In this document: positions 50,058 through 60,104 of the stretch, one piece after another
Layout: every line of letters begins with the position of its first letter
How positions within the stretch are numbered: the stretch's first letter is position 1
Source of the DNA: an uncultured beta proteobacterium
Lineage (GTDB): Bacteria; Pseudomonadota; Gammaproteobacteria; Burkholderiales; Burkholderiaceae_C
Reading direction: 5' to 3'
Assembly (NCBI GenBank): GCA_963840805.1
Contig: CAWJAJ010000016.1
Coordinates: forward strand, 290,609 to 354,608
DNA length: 64,000 nucleotides
Program-made: the position numbers and the translations under genes
The notes under the pieces: model-generated
The model's input: only the letters and a program-made list of their open reading frames with translations
Database searches by the model: none
Told to the model about the DNA's origin: nothing

Positions 50058-51660
50058 TCAGACGCGTTCGATCCTCGCCCTGCCCGACTGGACGGCAAAC
50101 CTCGCCAGTGTCGCGATCGCCGTGTCCCTGGCGGTCACGTCGTCGACCACGCGCAACGACACGCTCAGCTGCTGCGGCGTGATGTCGGCAATGCCGTAGC
50201 CCTTGCGTTCGGCGTCGGCGAAGACGAAGTGCGGGTTCTCGGCCAGCAGCTCAGCGGTCTTGGCGTTGCCGCCGGACCGTGACGTGATGCCGGTGCCGCA
50301 GAACTCGACGCCGACGCTTGCGCTGGTAGCGTCGGCGTAGTCGGCCAGCACATGGCCGACCCAGTTCTCGTGCACGTCGCCGCCGAGCAGCACCGGGTTG
50401 GCCACGCGATGCTTGCGCAGCGCATCGACCAGCCGCAGGCGCGCCGGCGCGTAGCCGTCCCAGCCGTCGTTCCACAGGCTCTGCCCGGCACCCGCCTTGA
50501 AGTCACGTGGGCCGAACAAGGTGGTCTGGCCGAGCAGGTTCCAGCCGCCCTCGCCGGCGCCGCGGCCGAAGCTGTCGGCGAGCCAACGCTCCTGTTCGGT
50601 ACCCAGCATCGTGCGCGCCGGGTCCATCCAGGGGGCGCAGGTGGCTGGGATCGACGGTGCTGGAGCCGGGCCGGCCGCCGCGCGTGCAGGCATGGGGGCC
50701 GCGGTACTGGCGTGCGTCGAGCAGGTGCATCGTGGCGAGGTGGCCGAAGCGCACCTGACCATAGATGCGCATCTCTGCCCCCGTGGCCAGCCCGGCCAGC
50801 GCGCGCGTGAGTACGCTCGCGCGCAGCGGCATGTGCTCGTAGAAGGCCTGGTAGGCGGCGGCGCGCCGGGCCGCGAAATCGGCCACCGGCGGGCCGCTGT
50901 CGCCAGCGGTGAGCCCGGCGTAGTCGTTCTGCACTTCATGGTCGTCCCACACCACGAACCAGGGGCAGGCGGCGTGGGCGGCCTGCAGATCGGCGTCACC
51001 CTTGTACAGCGCGTAGCGCTTGCGGTAGTCATCCAGCGTCAGCGCCCAGGTGCCCGTGCCCTGGCGCACGGCATTGACCGCACCGGGGTATTCGTAGATG
51101 TAGTCGCCGAGGAACACCACCGCATCCGGCTGGTCGGCGACAAGATGCCGCCAAGCGCCGAAGTAGCCGTGTTCCCAGCGCTGGCAGGAGGCGTAGGCCA
51201 GGCGCAGGGCCGCGGGCTTGGCGTCGGGCGCGGGCAAGGTGCGGGTGCGACCCGGCGCACTGACCCAGTCGTTGCCGTCGCCCCCGACCATGAAACGGTA
51301 GAAGTAGCTGCGCTCACTGTCCAGCCCGCCCACTTCGACATGCACGCTGTGGCCCAGCGCGGGCAGCGCCTGCGCCTGGCCCTTCTGCGCAATGCGCGCG
51401 AAGGCCTCGTCGTGCGCCAGTTCCCAGCGCACGGTGATCGGTGTGTCGGGCAGGTTCGAACCACCGAACAGGCCCGTCTGCACCAGCCGCGTCCACAGCA
51501 CCACGCTGTCGTGCAGCGGCGAGCCACTGGCGACGCCGAGCGAGAAGGGGTTGTTGCGCAGACGCGGCTGACTCCATGCGCTGCGCGGCAAGCACAGCGT
51601 GCCGGCAGTGGCAGCGGCCAGGCGCAGCAGGTGGCGGCGGTCGGTGCGGGATGGGTGCAT
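50058..51660 (-). pseudogene. phoD: Alkaline phosphatase D family (PhoD-like) with Tat signal, frame shift near 50670
   Basis: Twin-arginine signal MHPSRTDRRHLLRLAAATAG. ..VVFLGDYIYEY.., ..VVWDDHEVQNDY.. The C-terminal half ..WNDGWDGY..LGGDVHENW.. is in another frame. Confidence 0.8.
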
Positions 51661-51771
51661 ATGGGCGCTGGTGTCGGGCGAAGACGGTCAGCGTGAAGAA
51701 TACGCCGGGGGTGACGGAGTCGACGCATCGTGCTGCCGTTCGCCTGAGCCGTGAAGCGCCCCCGCACCGCG

Positions 51772-52218
51772 ATGCTGCGCCCGGCCCATGCGCAGGAAGC
51801 GCGGGCGGCGGCCGAGATGTCGCGCGCGTTGATCGAGGCCGGGCTCGGCCGGCGCGGCGCGCCGCGGTGAATGGCGTCACTGATCAGCCACACCGACACC
51901 GTGGCGTTGGTCGCCCATGACGCTCGCGCATCGAGGGCTTTGCCGTGATGCAGTTCGGCAACGAGCATGCGCATCTCGTGCTGCTGTGCGTGCAACCGCT
52001 AGCGCGGCATCGGGGCATCGGCAGGCGCCTGACCGAGTGGCTGGTCGAGTCGGCCCGGGTCGCCGGCATCCAACTGATTCGGCTCGAACTGCGCGCTGAC
52101 AACGCAGCGGCCCTGGCCTTCTATCGCAGGCTCGGCTTCACCGAGACGCAACGGGTGCCGGGCTATTAACGACGGCCTGATCCCGGCACGGCGCATGATG
52201 CTGCGGCTGCGCGCATGA
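51772..52218 (+). pseudogene. GNAT family N-acetyltransferase with an in-frame TGA and two frame shifts
   Basis: MLRPAHAQEARAAAEMSRALIEAGLG..R*MASLISHTDTVALVAHD.. / ..FAVMQFGNEHAHLVLLCVQPLARHRGIGRRL..FYRRLGF.. / ..NDGLIPARRMMLRLRA*. Confidence 0.65.
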
Positions 52219-52402
52219 CGCTGCAGCAGACGATGCGCCGTCAAGCGTCGCCGGGCCGCGCTCGTCACCCGGTTCGCAGGCCAGATCGGCGCAGCGTCCT
52301 TGCGATCGCTGTCAGGCATCGCCTACGCCGGATCCACCGCTCGTCCGATGGTGCGATCGGGGCCGCGCGGCAAGGATCCACCCTCACACCAAGGAGATTC
52401 CC

Positions 52403-52732
52403 GTGAACACCAAGATCCTGACCGCATTCTTCGTTGCTGCAACCATGCTGGCGCCCCTTGCGGCCCGTGCCGCGGATGGCGATGCCGACCGCAAGAACCC
52501 CGTGGCGTTCGTCAAGGACTCCGTCATCACCACCAAGGTCAAGACCAAGCTGGCGGCGGAGAAGATGAGCAGCCTGGCGAAAATCAGCGTCGATACCGAC
52601 CGCAACGGCATGGTGGTTCTGAGCGGCACCGCCAGGACACAGGACGCCGTGGACAAGGCGGAGGCGATCACGCGCGACACCGAAGGCGTCGTCTCGGTGC
52701 AGAACAACATCAAGGTCAAGAAGGACGACTGA
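52403..52732 (+). CDS. BON domain-containing periplasmic protein (OsmY-like)
   Basis: GTG start, signal peptide. ..DSVITTKVKTKLAAE..VVLSGTARTQDAVDKAEAITRDTEGVVSVQNNIKV. Confidence 0.8.
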   Translation: MNTKILTAFFVAATMLAPLAARAADGDADRKNPVAFVKDSVITTKVKTKLAAEKMSSLAKISVDTDRNGMVVLSGTARTQDAVDKAEAITRDTEGVVSVQNNIKVKKDD

Positions 52733-52742
52733 ACTCGGGCTT

Positions 52743-52768
52743 CGACGGCGTCGCACGCGACGCCGTCG
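52743..52768. terminator. Strong hairpin between convergent genes (candidate bidirectional terminator)
   Basis: CGACGGCGTCGC-AC-GCGACGCCGTCG, perfect 12-nt arms, 11 bp after the BON gene stop. Confidence 0.45.
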
Positions 52769-52822
52769 CCCGGCCAAACCCGGGCCCGCGGGCTCGGGCC
52801 CGCACCCGTACGAGCCCAGCGC

Positions 52823-53674
52823 TCAGCGGCCGCGCCAGCCGCGGCCGTAGTGCCGGCCGTAGCCGTAGTGAGCCCCGTAGCCGATCAGGGCGCCCAGCAC
52901 CAGGCCCGTCCCGAACTGCGGATAGGCCGGCTCGTAGTACACGGGGGCGGGCACCGGGTAGCTTTGATACACCGGCTCGGCAGTGCCCTGGTACACCGGC
53001 TCGCGATAGCCTTGATACACCGGCCGTTCGACATACACCGGTGGCGGCCGCGAAGACACGGGCGGGCCGCTGCGCGTGCGGGGCGGCGGGGCGTATTGCG
53101 GTTGTGCGTACTGCGGCGACGCGATCTCGCCCTCGGGGGCAGCCTGCACTTGCACTTGCACGTAGCGCCCCGGGTCCTGGCGCATCTGCGTCGTGTATTG
53201 CCTGCCGCCGTACTCGTAGACCACGCTGTACGCCGTCGTGCGGTCCTCGTAGGTGTTCTGCGTCGTGCAGCGGCGCACGCTCTGAGACTGGCCCGCCTGG
53301 CCCCCGGACTCGATGTTGTTGCCGACCACCGCGCCGCCGAACACACCGAGTGCAGTCGCCGCGGCCCGCCCTGCGCCAGCACCGACGGCGTTGCCCATCG
53401 CGCCACCCGCGATGGCACCGATCAGCGCCCCGGCGCCGGAGGGCTGCCGCCCAACCGCCACCAGCTCGTCACTGCAGGCCTGGCGCGGCACCACCACCTG
53501 CTGGACGATCGGCGTAACGGAAACGACAGTGCCGCGATCGGTTTCATGGGGAGCCGGCGGCACCGACGGACTCGCTTCGTACGGCCGGCCGCGCGACGGC
53601 GTTTGCGCCCAGCTCGAACTTGCCAGGGCCAAAGCGGTCAGGACCAGCGTGGATGCAACGGCAATGGTCTTCAT
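52823..53674 (-). CDS. Glycine-zipper 2TM domain protein with a Pro/Tyr-rich repetitive C-terminus
   Basis: Signal peptide MKTIAVASTLVLTALALASSSWA. GALIGAIAGGAMGNAVGAGAG glycine zipper. Repeats of (E/R)PVYQ. Confidence 0.7.
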   Translation of the reverse strand: MKTIAVASTLVLTALALASSSWAQTPSRGRPYEASPSVPPAPHETDRGTVVSVTPIVQQVVVPRQACSDELVAVGRQPSGAGALIGAIAGGAMGNAVGAGAGRAAATALGVFGGAVVGNNIESGGQAGQSQSVRRCTTQNTYEDRTTAYSVVYEYGGRQYTTQMRQDPGRYVQVQVQAAPEGEIASPQYAQPQYAPPPRTRSGPPVSSRPPPVYVERPVYQGYREPVYQGTAEPVYQSYPVPAPVYYEPAYPQFGTGLVLGALIGYGAHYGYGRHYGRGWRGR

Positions 53675-54117
53675 GGCAATCCCCTCGCAAGGCGTTGGGA
53701 ACCCCGTCGGGTTCATGCAGCGATGGTACGCGCCACGCCTTCGCCCTGGCGTTGCCCCTTGGTAAAGCCGTGAAGCCAAGTGCAACGGTCACCGCGCGAT
53801 GGCGCGACAGCGACGATCTCGCCGGAGGGCACTTTGCGCGTGACGCCGGCCGTCGATAGAGGATCGACCCGCCGCAGGCCATGTCTGTTCGCCATCGCAC
53901 AGACCTGTGCTGACGTTGGCCAGACACTCGTTGACGAACGGGCCGTTGCCGCATGCGTGGCGTTGCGTCGCCGCCGGCCCCGGAAGTTGCAGCACGGCGC
54001 GGTTGCCGGGTGTGTGACTCGTCGGGTGCCCGCGACGCGCAACCCATGCTTGCCCGCATGGCACCCGTGGACATCATCGACCCGCAATCAGGGTCTCAAC
54101 CGCGAAAGGACAAGATC

Positions 54118-54321
54118 ATGACCGTCGCACGAATCACCGAAATCAGCAGCGTCAGCGGGGTGAGTTTTCAGGACGCGATCGCCCAGGGTGTGGAGCGTGC
54201 CAACAAGACGCTGAAGAACGTCAAGGGCGCCTGGGTGAAGGACCAGGAAGTGACCATCGACAACGGCAAGGTGACGGGATACAAGGTCATCCTGAAGGTG
54301 ACATTCATCCTGTCGGATTGA
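54118..54321 (+). CDS. Dodecin family protein
   Basis: 67 aa. MTVARITEISSVSGVSFQDAIAQGVERANKTLKNVKGAWVKDQEV..KVTFILSD; dodecin-like pattern and length. Confidence 0.7.
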   Translation: MTVARITEISSVSGVSFQDAIAQGVERANKTLKNVKGAWVKDQEVTIDNGKVTGYKVILKVTFILSD

Positions 54322-54453
54322 GCAAAGCCTTGCCGCGACCGTGCCCGGCCGGGGCATGGCAACGGGGCATCAACCACCCCGCCACAGCCATGCCTCGGTC
54401 ATCGCGCACGGCGTCTCGGTGACGCCGCAGCTGGCGGCGCGACATCCACGGCC

Positions 54454-55425
54454 ATGACGAGCATCATCGACAGCGTTGCCTACCGGAATGGCCAGCGCCT
54501 GGGCGACATCGCCATCGACGACGTCAGCGAAGTCATCGCGCAGCCCGAGACGTTCGTGTGGCTCGGGTTGCACGAGCCGGACGACAAGCTGTTGCGAAAG
54601 GTCCAGGAAGAGTTCGGCCTGCATGAACTCGCGATCGAAGACGCCCACCACGCCCACCAGCGGCCCAAGATCGAGGCCTACAGCAACTCCATCTTCATCG
54701 TGCTGAAGACGGCGCAGTTGGTGCAAGGGCAGGTCGTCTATGGCGAGACCCATCTCTTCGCCGGTTCGAACTTCCTGGTGTCCGTGAGGCACGGCGCCTC
54801 GTCGAGCTATGCCCAGGTGCTCGATCGCCCCGCGGAGAGCACGATGGCGCTTGCCAAGGGCCCAGGCTTTGCCCTTTATGCGGTGCTGGACTTCGTGGTC
54901 GACAACTACCAGCCCATCGTGACGCAGTTCGAGAAGGACTTCGAGGCGATCGAAACGGACATCTTCAAGGATCAGTTCGACAGGCTGGTCATCGAACGGC
55001 TCTATGACCTCAAGCGCCATCTGCTGGCGTTGCGCAACGCGGCGCTACCCGTGGCCGACATCAGCGCCGAATTGATTCGTCTCCACGAAGACCTGATCCC
55101 GAAGGAGCTGCGAGCCTATTTCCGCGACGTCCAGGACCATGTGTCGCGGCTGGTGGGCCTGCTCGACGGCATGCGCGAGATGTTGACCACCGCGATGCAG
55201 GTGAACCTCGCGCTGGTGGCCAACAACCAGAACGAGGTCGTCAAGCGCCTGGCCGGCTGGGGCGCGATCCTGGCCATTCCGACCGTCACGTTCAGCCTGT
55301 ACGGCATGAACTTCGCGTGGATGCCGGAGTTGAAATGGACGCCGGGATATCCGATGGCCGTGGCCATGACGTTGCTGGGGTGCGTCTTCGTTCACCGCCG
55401 CCTGCGCCGGGCTGGATGGGTCTAG
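54454..55425 (+). CDS. corA: Magnesium/cobalt transporter CorA
   Basis: 323 aa. YGMNF (GMN motif) before the last TM segment. The acidic N-terminal domain is typical of CorA. Confidence 0.9.
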   Translation: MTSIIDSVAYRNGQRLGDIAIDDVSEVIAQPETFVWLGLHEPDDKLLRKVQEEFGLHELAIEDAHHAHQRPKIEAYSNSIFIVLKTAQLVQGQVVYGETHLFAGSNFLVSVRHGASSSYAQVLDRPAESTMALAKGPGFALYAVLDFVVDNYQPIVTQFEKDFEAIETDIFKDQFDRLVIERLYDLKRHLLALRNAALPVADISAELIRLHEDLIPKELRAYFRDVQDHVSRLVGLLDGMREMLTTAMQVNLALVANNQNEVVKRLAGWGAILAIPTVTFSLYGMNFAWMPELKWTPGYPMAVAMTLLGCVFVHRRLRRAGWV

Positions 55426-55462
55426 ACCTCGCCACGAGCCCGCTCGGCACCTGTGCCGGTCT

Positions 55463-55753
55463 TCAGCGCCGTGGCCGCAGCGGCAGATCGTTCTCGCGCA
55501 ACATCACCGGCTCGATCGAGCCGCCGTTCACGCGGCGCATGACGGCAGCGTCGATTTCGCTGCGATTGGCCTCGTACGTGGCGACGGCGTCGCTGCCATC
55601 CGGTTGGGCGTCGAACCGGTAATGAAGCACCTGCTTCGACAGACTCGCACCGATCGGCTGGCCCGCAGGCATCGCCACCCAGAACCGCACGGCACCCGAG
55701 TCCGGATGGAACGACGGTGGCGGCAACGGGCCGCGGGCGACTTCGTCGCTCAC
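55463..55753 (-). CDS. DUF1488-like hypothetical protein
   Basis: ..AVRFWVAMPAGQPIGASLSKQVLHYRF..YEANRSEIDAAVMRRV.. GTG start is a guess. Confidence 0.45.
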   Translation of the reverse strand: MSDEVARGPLPPPSFHPDSGAVRFWVAMPAGQPIGASLSKQVLHYRFDAQPDGSDAVATYEANRSEIDAAVMRRVNGGSIEPVMLRENDLPLRPRR

Positions 55754-55817
55754 CGCGCCGTGCCTGAGGTCTTGCGGTCGCGCGACGGGGCCATGCCGAC
55801 CTGCCGGATCGTCGCAG

Positions 55818-55952
55818 TCACTTCTTCGCCAACGCAGGTTTGGGGCTGCTCGGAGGCGTCGGCGTTCCGCCACCCGTGGTTGGCGCCATCGGCGCCGGCT
55901 TCACCTGCTTCGGCTTCTTGGCTTCCTTGTTGCCGCGGTTCCCCTTGCTCAT
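55818..55952 (-). CDS. Small (44 aa) lysine/proline-rich hypothetical protein
   Basis: MSKGNRGNKEAKKPKQVKPAPMAPTTGGGTPTPPSSPKPALAKK; GAGGAGA Shine-Dalgarno 5 nt upstream of the ATG. Confidence 0.5.
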   Translation of the reverse strand: MSKGNRGNKEAKKPKQVKPAPMAPTTGGGTPTPPSSPKPALAKK

Positions 55953-56365
55953 CTCGGTCTCCTCGATGGTCTTGCCGGCACCTTGTTGTGCAGGCTGAAT
56001 TGACATCCTGTGCGCCGCTGGCCATCGCGTCGGTGCGCTGACGCACACATCGGCGTGGAGATGGGCCCTGGCGCGCAACGTGCATGAACGGCCCTGGCAC
56101 CGCCAGGAACCTACCTGCAGTTGCGCCGGTCACACAGCACTGGACAGATCTCTTCTTTCCCACGGATCACCCGTGCCGCAGGTGTTGTGGCAGCTATGCT
56201 CGGCGCTTCAACGCCCAGAGGAAGCGATGACTCCGCAAGGCGGCCGCAGCGACCCCGGTTCTCTGCCACAGGGCAAGCGCCACATGAGTTTTGCGCTGCG
56301 CATCAGCGCGGTCGGGCCCGCACATCGCGGCGAGCGGCGCTGCGAGCAGCGGTGAGTGTCGCGAC

Positions 56366-57476
56366 ATGCCGCTCACGCAGACCATCCGCTTTACCAGCAG
56401 CTTCGACGGCGACGCGCATTGCCTATGCGACCGCGGGCCAGGGACCGCCACTGGTGAAGGCGCCCAACTGGCTGAGTCATCTGGAGTACGAGTGGCGCAG
56501 CCCGATCCTGCACCACTCGGTGGCGGAACTCAGCCGGCATCACACGCTGGTGCGCTTCGACCAGCGCGGCTGTGGCATGTCCGACTGGGACGTTGCCGAT
56601 CTAGGTTTCGAGGCCTGGGTGCGTGACATCGAAGCCGTGGTCGACACGCTGGGCTTGACGCGTTTTCCGCTTTTCGGCAAATCGCAAGGCGCCGCGATCT
56701 CGATTGCCTATGCCGTGCGGCATCCCGAGAAGGTGAGCCACCTGATCCTGTTCGGCTCGTACTGCCGGGGAATCCTGCACCGGGGCCTGCCGCAGCGCAA
56801 CCTGGATGAAGCCAATGCGCTGCTGACGCTGCTGGAATTGGCCTGGGGCACCGATAACCCGGCATTCCGCCGCGTCTTCAGCACCCAGCTGATGCCCGGC
56901 GCGTCGCTCGACGACTTGCGCAACTTCGAGGAGTTGCAGCGCATGGCGACCTCGCCGCGCAACGCGGTGCGCTTCCTGCAGGAGGTGTTCCGATGCGACG
57001 TGCGCGAGCTGGCGCCCAAGGTGCGTTGCCCGACCCTCGTGCTCCATTCGCGCCACGATGCCCGGGAATCGTACGAAGAGGGCAAGCTGACCGCATCGCT
57101 GATCCCGGGGGCACGCTTCGTTACCCTGGAAAGCGCCAACCACATCCTGATGGAGGATGAACCGGCCTGGGCCGAGTTCGTCGCCGCGCTGCGCGATTTC
57201 CTGCCCTTGCCCGCGCCCGCGGCCGATGCCATCGGCAGCGGCGCGGCGGGCCTGCCCGCACTGTCTGCGCGCGAGCGGGAGGTGCTGGAACTGATCGCGC
57301 ACGGCCTCGGCAACGACGAAATCGCAGCGCATCTCTTCCTCAGCACGAAGACCGTGCGCAACCACATCACGCGCATCTTCGCCAAGGCCGACGTGACGAC
57401 CCGCGCCCAGGCCATCGCCCGGGCGCGAGACGCCGGGTTCGCCCGCGAACCGCTGGCCGCGCGCAAGCGCGACTAG
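56366..57476 (+). pseudogene. Alpha/beta-hydrolase domain fused to a LuxR-type HTH; one extra base near 56410
   Basis: [15 protein letters not shown][+1][15 protein letters not shown]... Nucleophile elbow FGKSQGAA. C-terminal [42 protein letters not shown]. Confidence 0.75.
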
Positions 57477-57628
57477 GTCCGCGGCCCTGGTCGCTGCGCC
57501 CTGCGCGCGGCCGCAGCGCGCAAATGGGGGCTGGCGCCTCACGACACCGGCACATCGCCCTGATCGAATGGCTGCACATCGGACACCCGCATCCTTGCGG
57601 GCTCCGGTGCTGGCCAACGGAGGCGATC

Positions 57629-58012
57629 ATGACCCGACAATCATTCCCGACCCTTGCGGGTGCGAGCCTTGCCGCCGCGTGCGCGCTGGTGTCTGCGGCC
57701 GCGCTGGGCCAGACCCTGACCGGGGCGAGCGCGTGGAGCGATCGCGAGCGGCTGTTTGCGCACTTCGAACGCGCCACCGAGGGTCATCTCAAGGCGCTGT
57801 ATCTGCGCTGCGCGCGTGATTCGAGCGAACGCCTGCTCTCCTTCGACGAGGCTGCCCGCTGCTCGATTGCCGGCGAAGCCCTGAAGGCGCGCAGCTTCGG
57901 CGGCGATTTCAACGCGCTGCTCGCATGGTGGCGGCAGCACCGCGATGACCCGCTCGACGAACCGACCGATGAGCGCACGCCGGTGGTGGAGGCGGCACGC
58001 AGAAACCCCTGA
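57629..58012 (+). CDS. Hypothetical secreted protein
   Basis: Signal peptide MTRQSFPTLAGASLAAACALVSAAALG. GGAGG Shine-Dalgarno. No family recognised. Confidence 0.5.
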   Translation: MTRQSFPTLAGASLAAACALVSAAALGQTLTGASAWSDRERLFAHFERATEGHLKALYLRCARDSSERLLSFDEAARCSIAGEALKARSFGGDFNALLAWWRQHRDDPLDEPTDERTPVVEAARRNP

Positions 58013-58053
58013 CGGAGCGGCCGGCCCCGTGCGCCGCGCCGGAGCGTGGACCG

Positions 58054-58794
58054 TCAACCGCCGCGGCGACCCAGAAACCATTGCAGCATGCCGGGGCGTG
58101 CCGAATGGTGTGCGCGGCTGACGATCAGATTCGAGGCCAGGTACAGGCCGTTGAGCAGGCGACTCGCGCGCTCGATGCTCATGCCGGGCCAGCTGGCGAT
58201 CTTTCGCAGCGGCGCCGACTCCTTGCGCAAGCGCTCGATGGCAGGCCCCAGTGCACCCGGTGTGGCCAGGCCCTGCGTTGCCGGGTTGCGCAACGCACGA
58301 TACGCGGCCGTGCCGGCAATCTCGTTCAACAAGTCGACGCGCGGGCCATGCAGCGCCAGCGTCCACAGAGCCGGCGCGAGGGGGTGATACGCATCGGCGT
58401 CGGCGATGCGTTCGTGCATCCAGTGCCCCGGCGGGCGAACGCCAGGCGGTTCGACTTCGAGGGTCTTCAAGCTGCCCAGCGCGCGCACAGTGCCGCGCAC
58501 GATGCTGCGCGGTGAGTGGTAGAGCATCTGCTCGGGAAACAGGGTGACGGGCCAAACCCCTTCATCACACTGCAGATAGACCAGCGCCGACTCGCGAAGC
58601 CGCACGCAAGCCGCCACGGTCTCCAAGGCATCGGCACCTTCGCGCCGCCGCTCCAACACACGCAGTTCGCCCTGCAGGGTGGTCGAGAGGATGGTTTGAC
58701 GCCGCAACCCGGCGTGCGCAGCGGTGGCTGCCTGGTGGCGAAGAGCGTCGAATGCGCTGACGCGCCATAGCGTAGGTTCTGCGATTTCTTGCAT
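58054..58794 (-). CDS. Hypothetical protein
   Basis: 246 aa from MQEIAEPTLWRV... Protein-like composition but no family recognised. Confidence 0.45.
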   Translation of the reverse strand: MQEIAEPTLWRVSAFDALRHQAATAAHAGLRRQTILSTTLQGELRVLERRREGADALETVAACVRLRESALVYLQCDEGVWPVTLFPEQMLYHSPRSIVRGTVRALGSLKTLEVEPPGVRPPGHWMHERIADADAYHPLAPALWTLALHGPRVDLLNEIAGTAAYRALRNPATQGLATPGALGPAIERLRKESAPLRKIASWPGMSIERASRLLNGLYLASNLIVSRAHHSARPGMLQWFLGRRGG

Positions 58795-58983
58795 CGTTGT
58801 CACGTGAGCGGAGAGCCGCGCCAGTGTAGGCAGGCCTGTCGCCGCAGATGCAGCGAGTGGCAACCAACTGCAACGATCCACTTACAAGACCGGTCGCGGC
58901 TCGTGCGCGCGGCCGCTGCGGCCGGCCCACGCCGATCAGCGGCCCTGCAGCGCGCTGCCCACCAGCTATGGATCAAGCCGGTG

Positions 58984-60102
58984 TCATGCCCCGTCCAGTG
59001 CGGTGCGTACCCGCTCGCCGATCGCCAGCGCCGCAGTAAGCCCCGGCGACTCGATGCCGAACAGGTTGGCGAGCCCCGGCACGCCGTGCACGTCGGGGCC
59101 GTCGATGGCGAAGTCCTGCGCCGTTTCGCCCTGGCGGCTGAGCTTCGGACGCACGCCGCTGTAGTCGGGCTGCAGGCTGCCGTCGGGCAGGCCCGGCCAG
59201 TAGCGGCGGATCGCAGCGTAGAAACTCTCGCCGCGCGCGGCGTCGACGCCGTAGTCGATCGCTCCGTCATCGGGCAGCCACTCGGTGTCGGGGCCGAAGC
59301 GGCCCTGGCCGGCAAGGTCGAGCGTCAGGTGCACGCCCAGGCCCGCCGCCTCGTGCAGCGGGTAGATCAGGCGCGAGAACGGCGCGCGCACCCCGCTCAA
59401 CGTGAAGTAGTTGCCCTTGCAGCGGTGCGTGCGGCGCACGTGTTGCGGCGCCAGGCCCTCGATGCGCGCGGCGACCGCGCTGGCCGCCAGCCCGGCCGCG
59501 TTGACGAGGCAGCGTGACTGCAGGCGCATCGGCTCGGCGCCGCCGACGTCGAGCACGAAACCGCCCTGCACCACCCGTGCGGCCACGAGCGGGCACTTCA
59601 GCGCCAGCGCCGCGCCATGGTCCTCGGCCTCGCCGAGCAGGCTCTGCATGAAGCCGTGGCTGTCGACGACGCCGGTGACGCTCGAATGCAAGGCCGCGGT
59701 CGCGTGCAGCGCCGGCTCGAGCGCGCGCGCGGCGGCAGCGTCGATCAGCCGCAAGCCTTCGACGCCGTTGGCCTGGGCATTGCGCGCCAGCTGCTCGAGG
59801 GCCGGAAGCTGGTCGTCGTGCGTGGCCACCAGCAACTTGCCGCAGAGGCGGTGTGCGATGCCATGCGTCTCGCAATACGGGACCAGCAGGCGGCGGCCCT
59901 CGACGCACAGCCGCGTCTTCAGCCAGTCGGCCTGCGAATACAGCCCGGCGTGGATGACCTCGCTGTTGCGCGCGCTGGTGACGCTGCCGATCGCACCCTC
60001 CGCTTCGACGATCACCACCTCGTGGCCGGCCCGCGCCAGCGCACGCGCGATCGCCAACCCGACGACGCCGGCGCCGACGACGACGCAGCCGACGCGCTCC
60101 AT
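58984..60102 (-). CDS. FAD-dependent oxidoreductase (DAO family; L-2-hydroxyglutarate oxidase-like)
   Basis: 372 aa. VVVGAGVVGLAIARALA..., ..NLFGIESPGLTAALAI.. Confidence 0.8.
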   Translation of the reverse strand: MERVGCVVVGAGVVGLAIARALARAGHEVVIVEAEGAIGSVTSARNSEVIHAGLYSQADWLKTRLCVEGRRLLVPYCETHGIAHRLCGKLLVATHDDQLPALEQLARNAQANGVEGLRLIDAAAARALEPALHATAALHSSVTGVVDSHGFMQSLLGEAEDHGAALALKCPLVAARVVQGGFVLDVGGAEPMRLQSRCLVNAAGLAASAVAARIEGLAPQHVRRTHRCKGNYFTLSGVRAPFSRLIYPLHEAAGLGVHLTLDLAGQGRFGPDTEWLPDDGAIDYGVDAARGESFYAAIRRYWPGLPDGSLQPDYSGVRPKLSRQGETAQDFAIDGPDVHGVPGLANLFGIESPGLTAALAIGERVRTALDGA

Positions 60103-60104
60103 GC

